From Microthyrium microscopicum (lineage: Eukaryota), in contig MU004232.1 in assembly GCA_010405405.1 (NCBI GenBank), positions 2,772,507 to 2,836,506 on the forward strand: DNA of 64,000 bases, read 5' to 3'. The translations under genes were made by a program, and so were the position numbers. This document shows positions 62,982 through 64,000 of the stretch, piece after piece (the first letter of the stretch is position 1; the number at the start of each line of letters is the position of its first letter). The notes beneath the pieces are model-generated. The model saw nothing but the letters and a program-made list of their open reading frames with translations. It did no database searches and was not told the origin of the DNA.

Positions 62982-64000
62982 CAACCGGTGGACAAAATAC
63001 TCATACGAGGGTCCTAGGGACTTGGACACCGCGATCTTGCAGTAGTAGAATGGTGTGTTAGAGTGTGTGTGTGCAAATAAAAGAGCTAACGCTACACTAT
63101 GCTTATTAAGATATATAAAATATATTATAGCCGCGTAAGATCTAGAAACTTTATAGTAAATAGATAATCTACGTAATAAGAATATATTAATATATAGAGT
63201 AGCTTCTATATACGTATTATATATACTACTATACGTATCTACCCTATTTATTTATAAATAACGTACCTATATATAAAAATATTACTACGTAATACTTCTA
63301 TATTTTAATAGTAGAAATTTAGTAAAAATTTTAAATTCTATATATAGTTCTCTATATAAATAGAGTTATAATTATAAATTAGAGTTTAGTACGTATAAAT
63401 ATATAAATACTAAGCTTAGCTATACTTAGTTAGAATTAATAAATAAGCTTATATAGATACTATTATTAGATTAAAATTAAATTACTCTAACTATAATAAG
63501 ATTTAAGTTATACTCTTTTAGTTTATATTAATCTACTATTTATACTACTTTATACTCTTACTTATTACTCTTATTTGTTAGCTACTTACCTAAAATACTA
63601 CTTAATAAAACTTAAGCTTTTAATCTACTTATAATAACTATACTTTTAATTAACTTACTATAGTCTTTTCTTTTTCTAGGAGAAAGAATTTTATATCTAT
63701 AATACTAAGTCTTTTAGAATAATAAGTTATATCTTTTTAGACTAGAATAATATACTATAAATATACTCTAACTACTAGTAAGCTAAGGATAATACTAAAT
63801 TACTTAGAGTTAAATATATATAAAGGAAGCTATATTAACTTATTAAGGCTAAGTATACCTTTAGAGCTAATCTTAGTAATAATAAAAGTCTAAGTCTTAT
63901 CTAAAATAGTATATATAAAGATATACTCTATATAAGTAAGAGAAAGCTTAACTTTTTTAGAAAGCTTAATTTAAATTTAGTTTTTATAGTCTATAGTTAT
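62982..64000. mobile_element. Left end of a second RIP-degraded TIR element, truncated by the window edge
   Basis: CAACCGGTGGACAAAATA shares 14 bp (CGGTGGACAAAATA) with the 58901 TIR, and TpA-rich RIP sequence follows within about 100 bp. Confidence 0.65.

Overview
Filamentous-ascomycete (Pezizomycotina-type) genomic DNA. A ~45 kb gene-rich, intron-containing island (about 13.7-58.9 kb) lies between AT-rich, RIP-degraded repeat blocks (1-13.65 kb, 58.9-60.25 kb, 63.0-64 kb). The island encodes a DcpS scavenger decapping enzyme, a CBM18/Ser-rich surface protein, two AA9 LPMOs, a fasciclin protein, a pepsin-like protease, a GH30 beta-1,6-glucanase, a propeller-lectin-like gene, a 3-beta-HSD/ERG26-like SDR, a UbiA-family (probable terpene cyclase) enzyme, several hypotheticals and two pseudogenes. 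The standout observation is a minus-strand tRNA-Arg(UCU) gene (22162-22297). Besides an ordinary 16-nt anticodon-loop intron, it carries a 48-nt insert with all the marks of a spliceosomal (GT...GCTAAC...CAG) intron in the T-stem, and removing it restores a perfect T-stem and a fully paired acceptor stem. Other leads are an AA9 LPMO with Phe at the axial-Tyr position, an in-frame UGA-CUAG readthrough context, a TIR transposon with a 5-bp TSD plus a related terminus, and a split GIY-YIG-like gene between them. All calls come from reading the sequence by eye; no searches were run.
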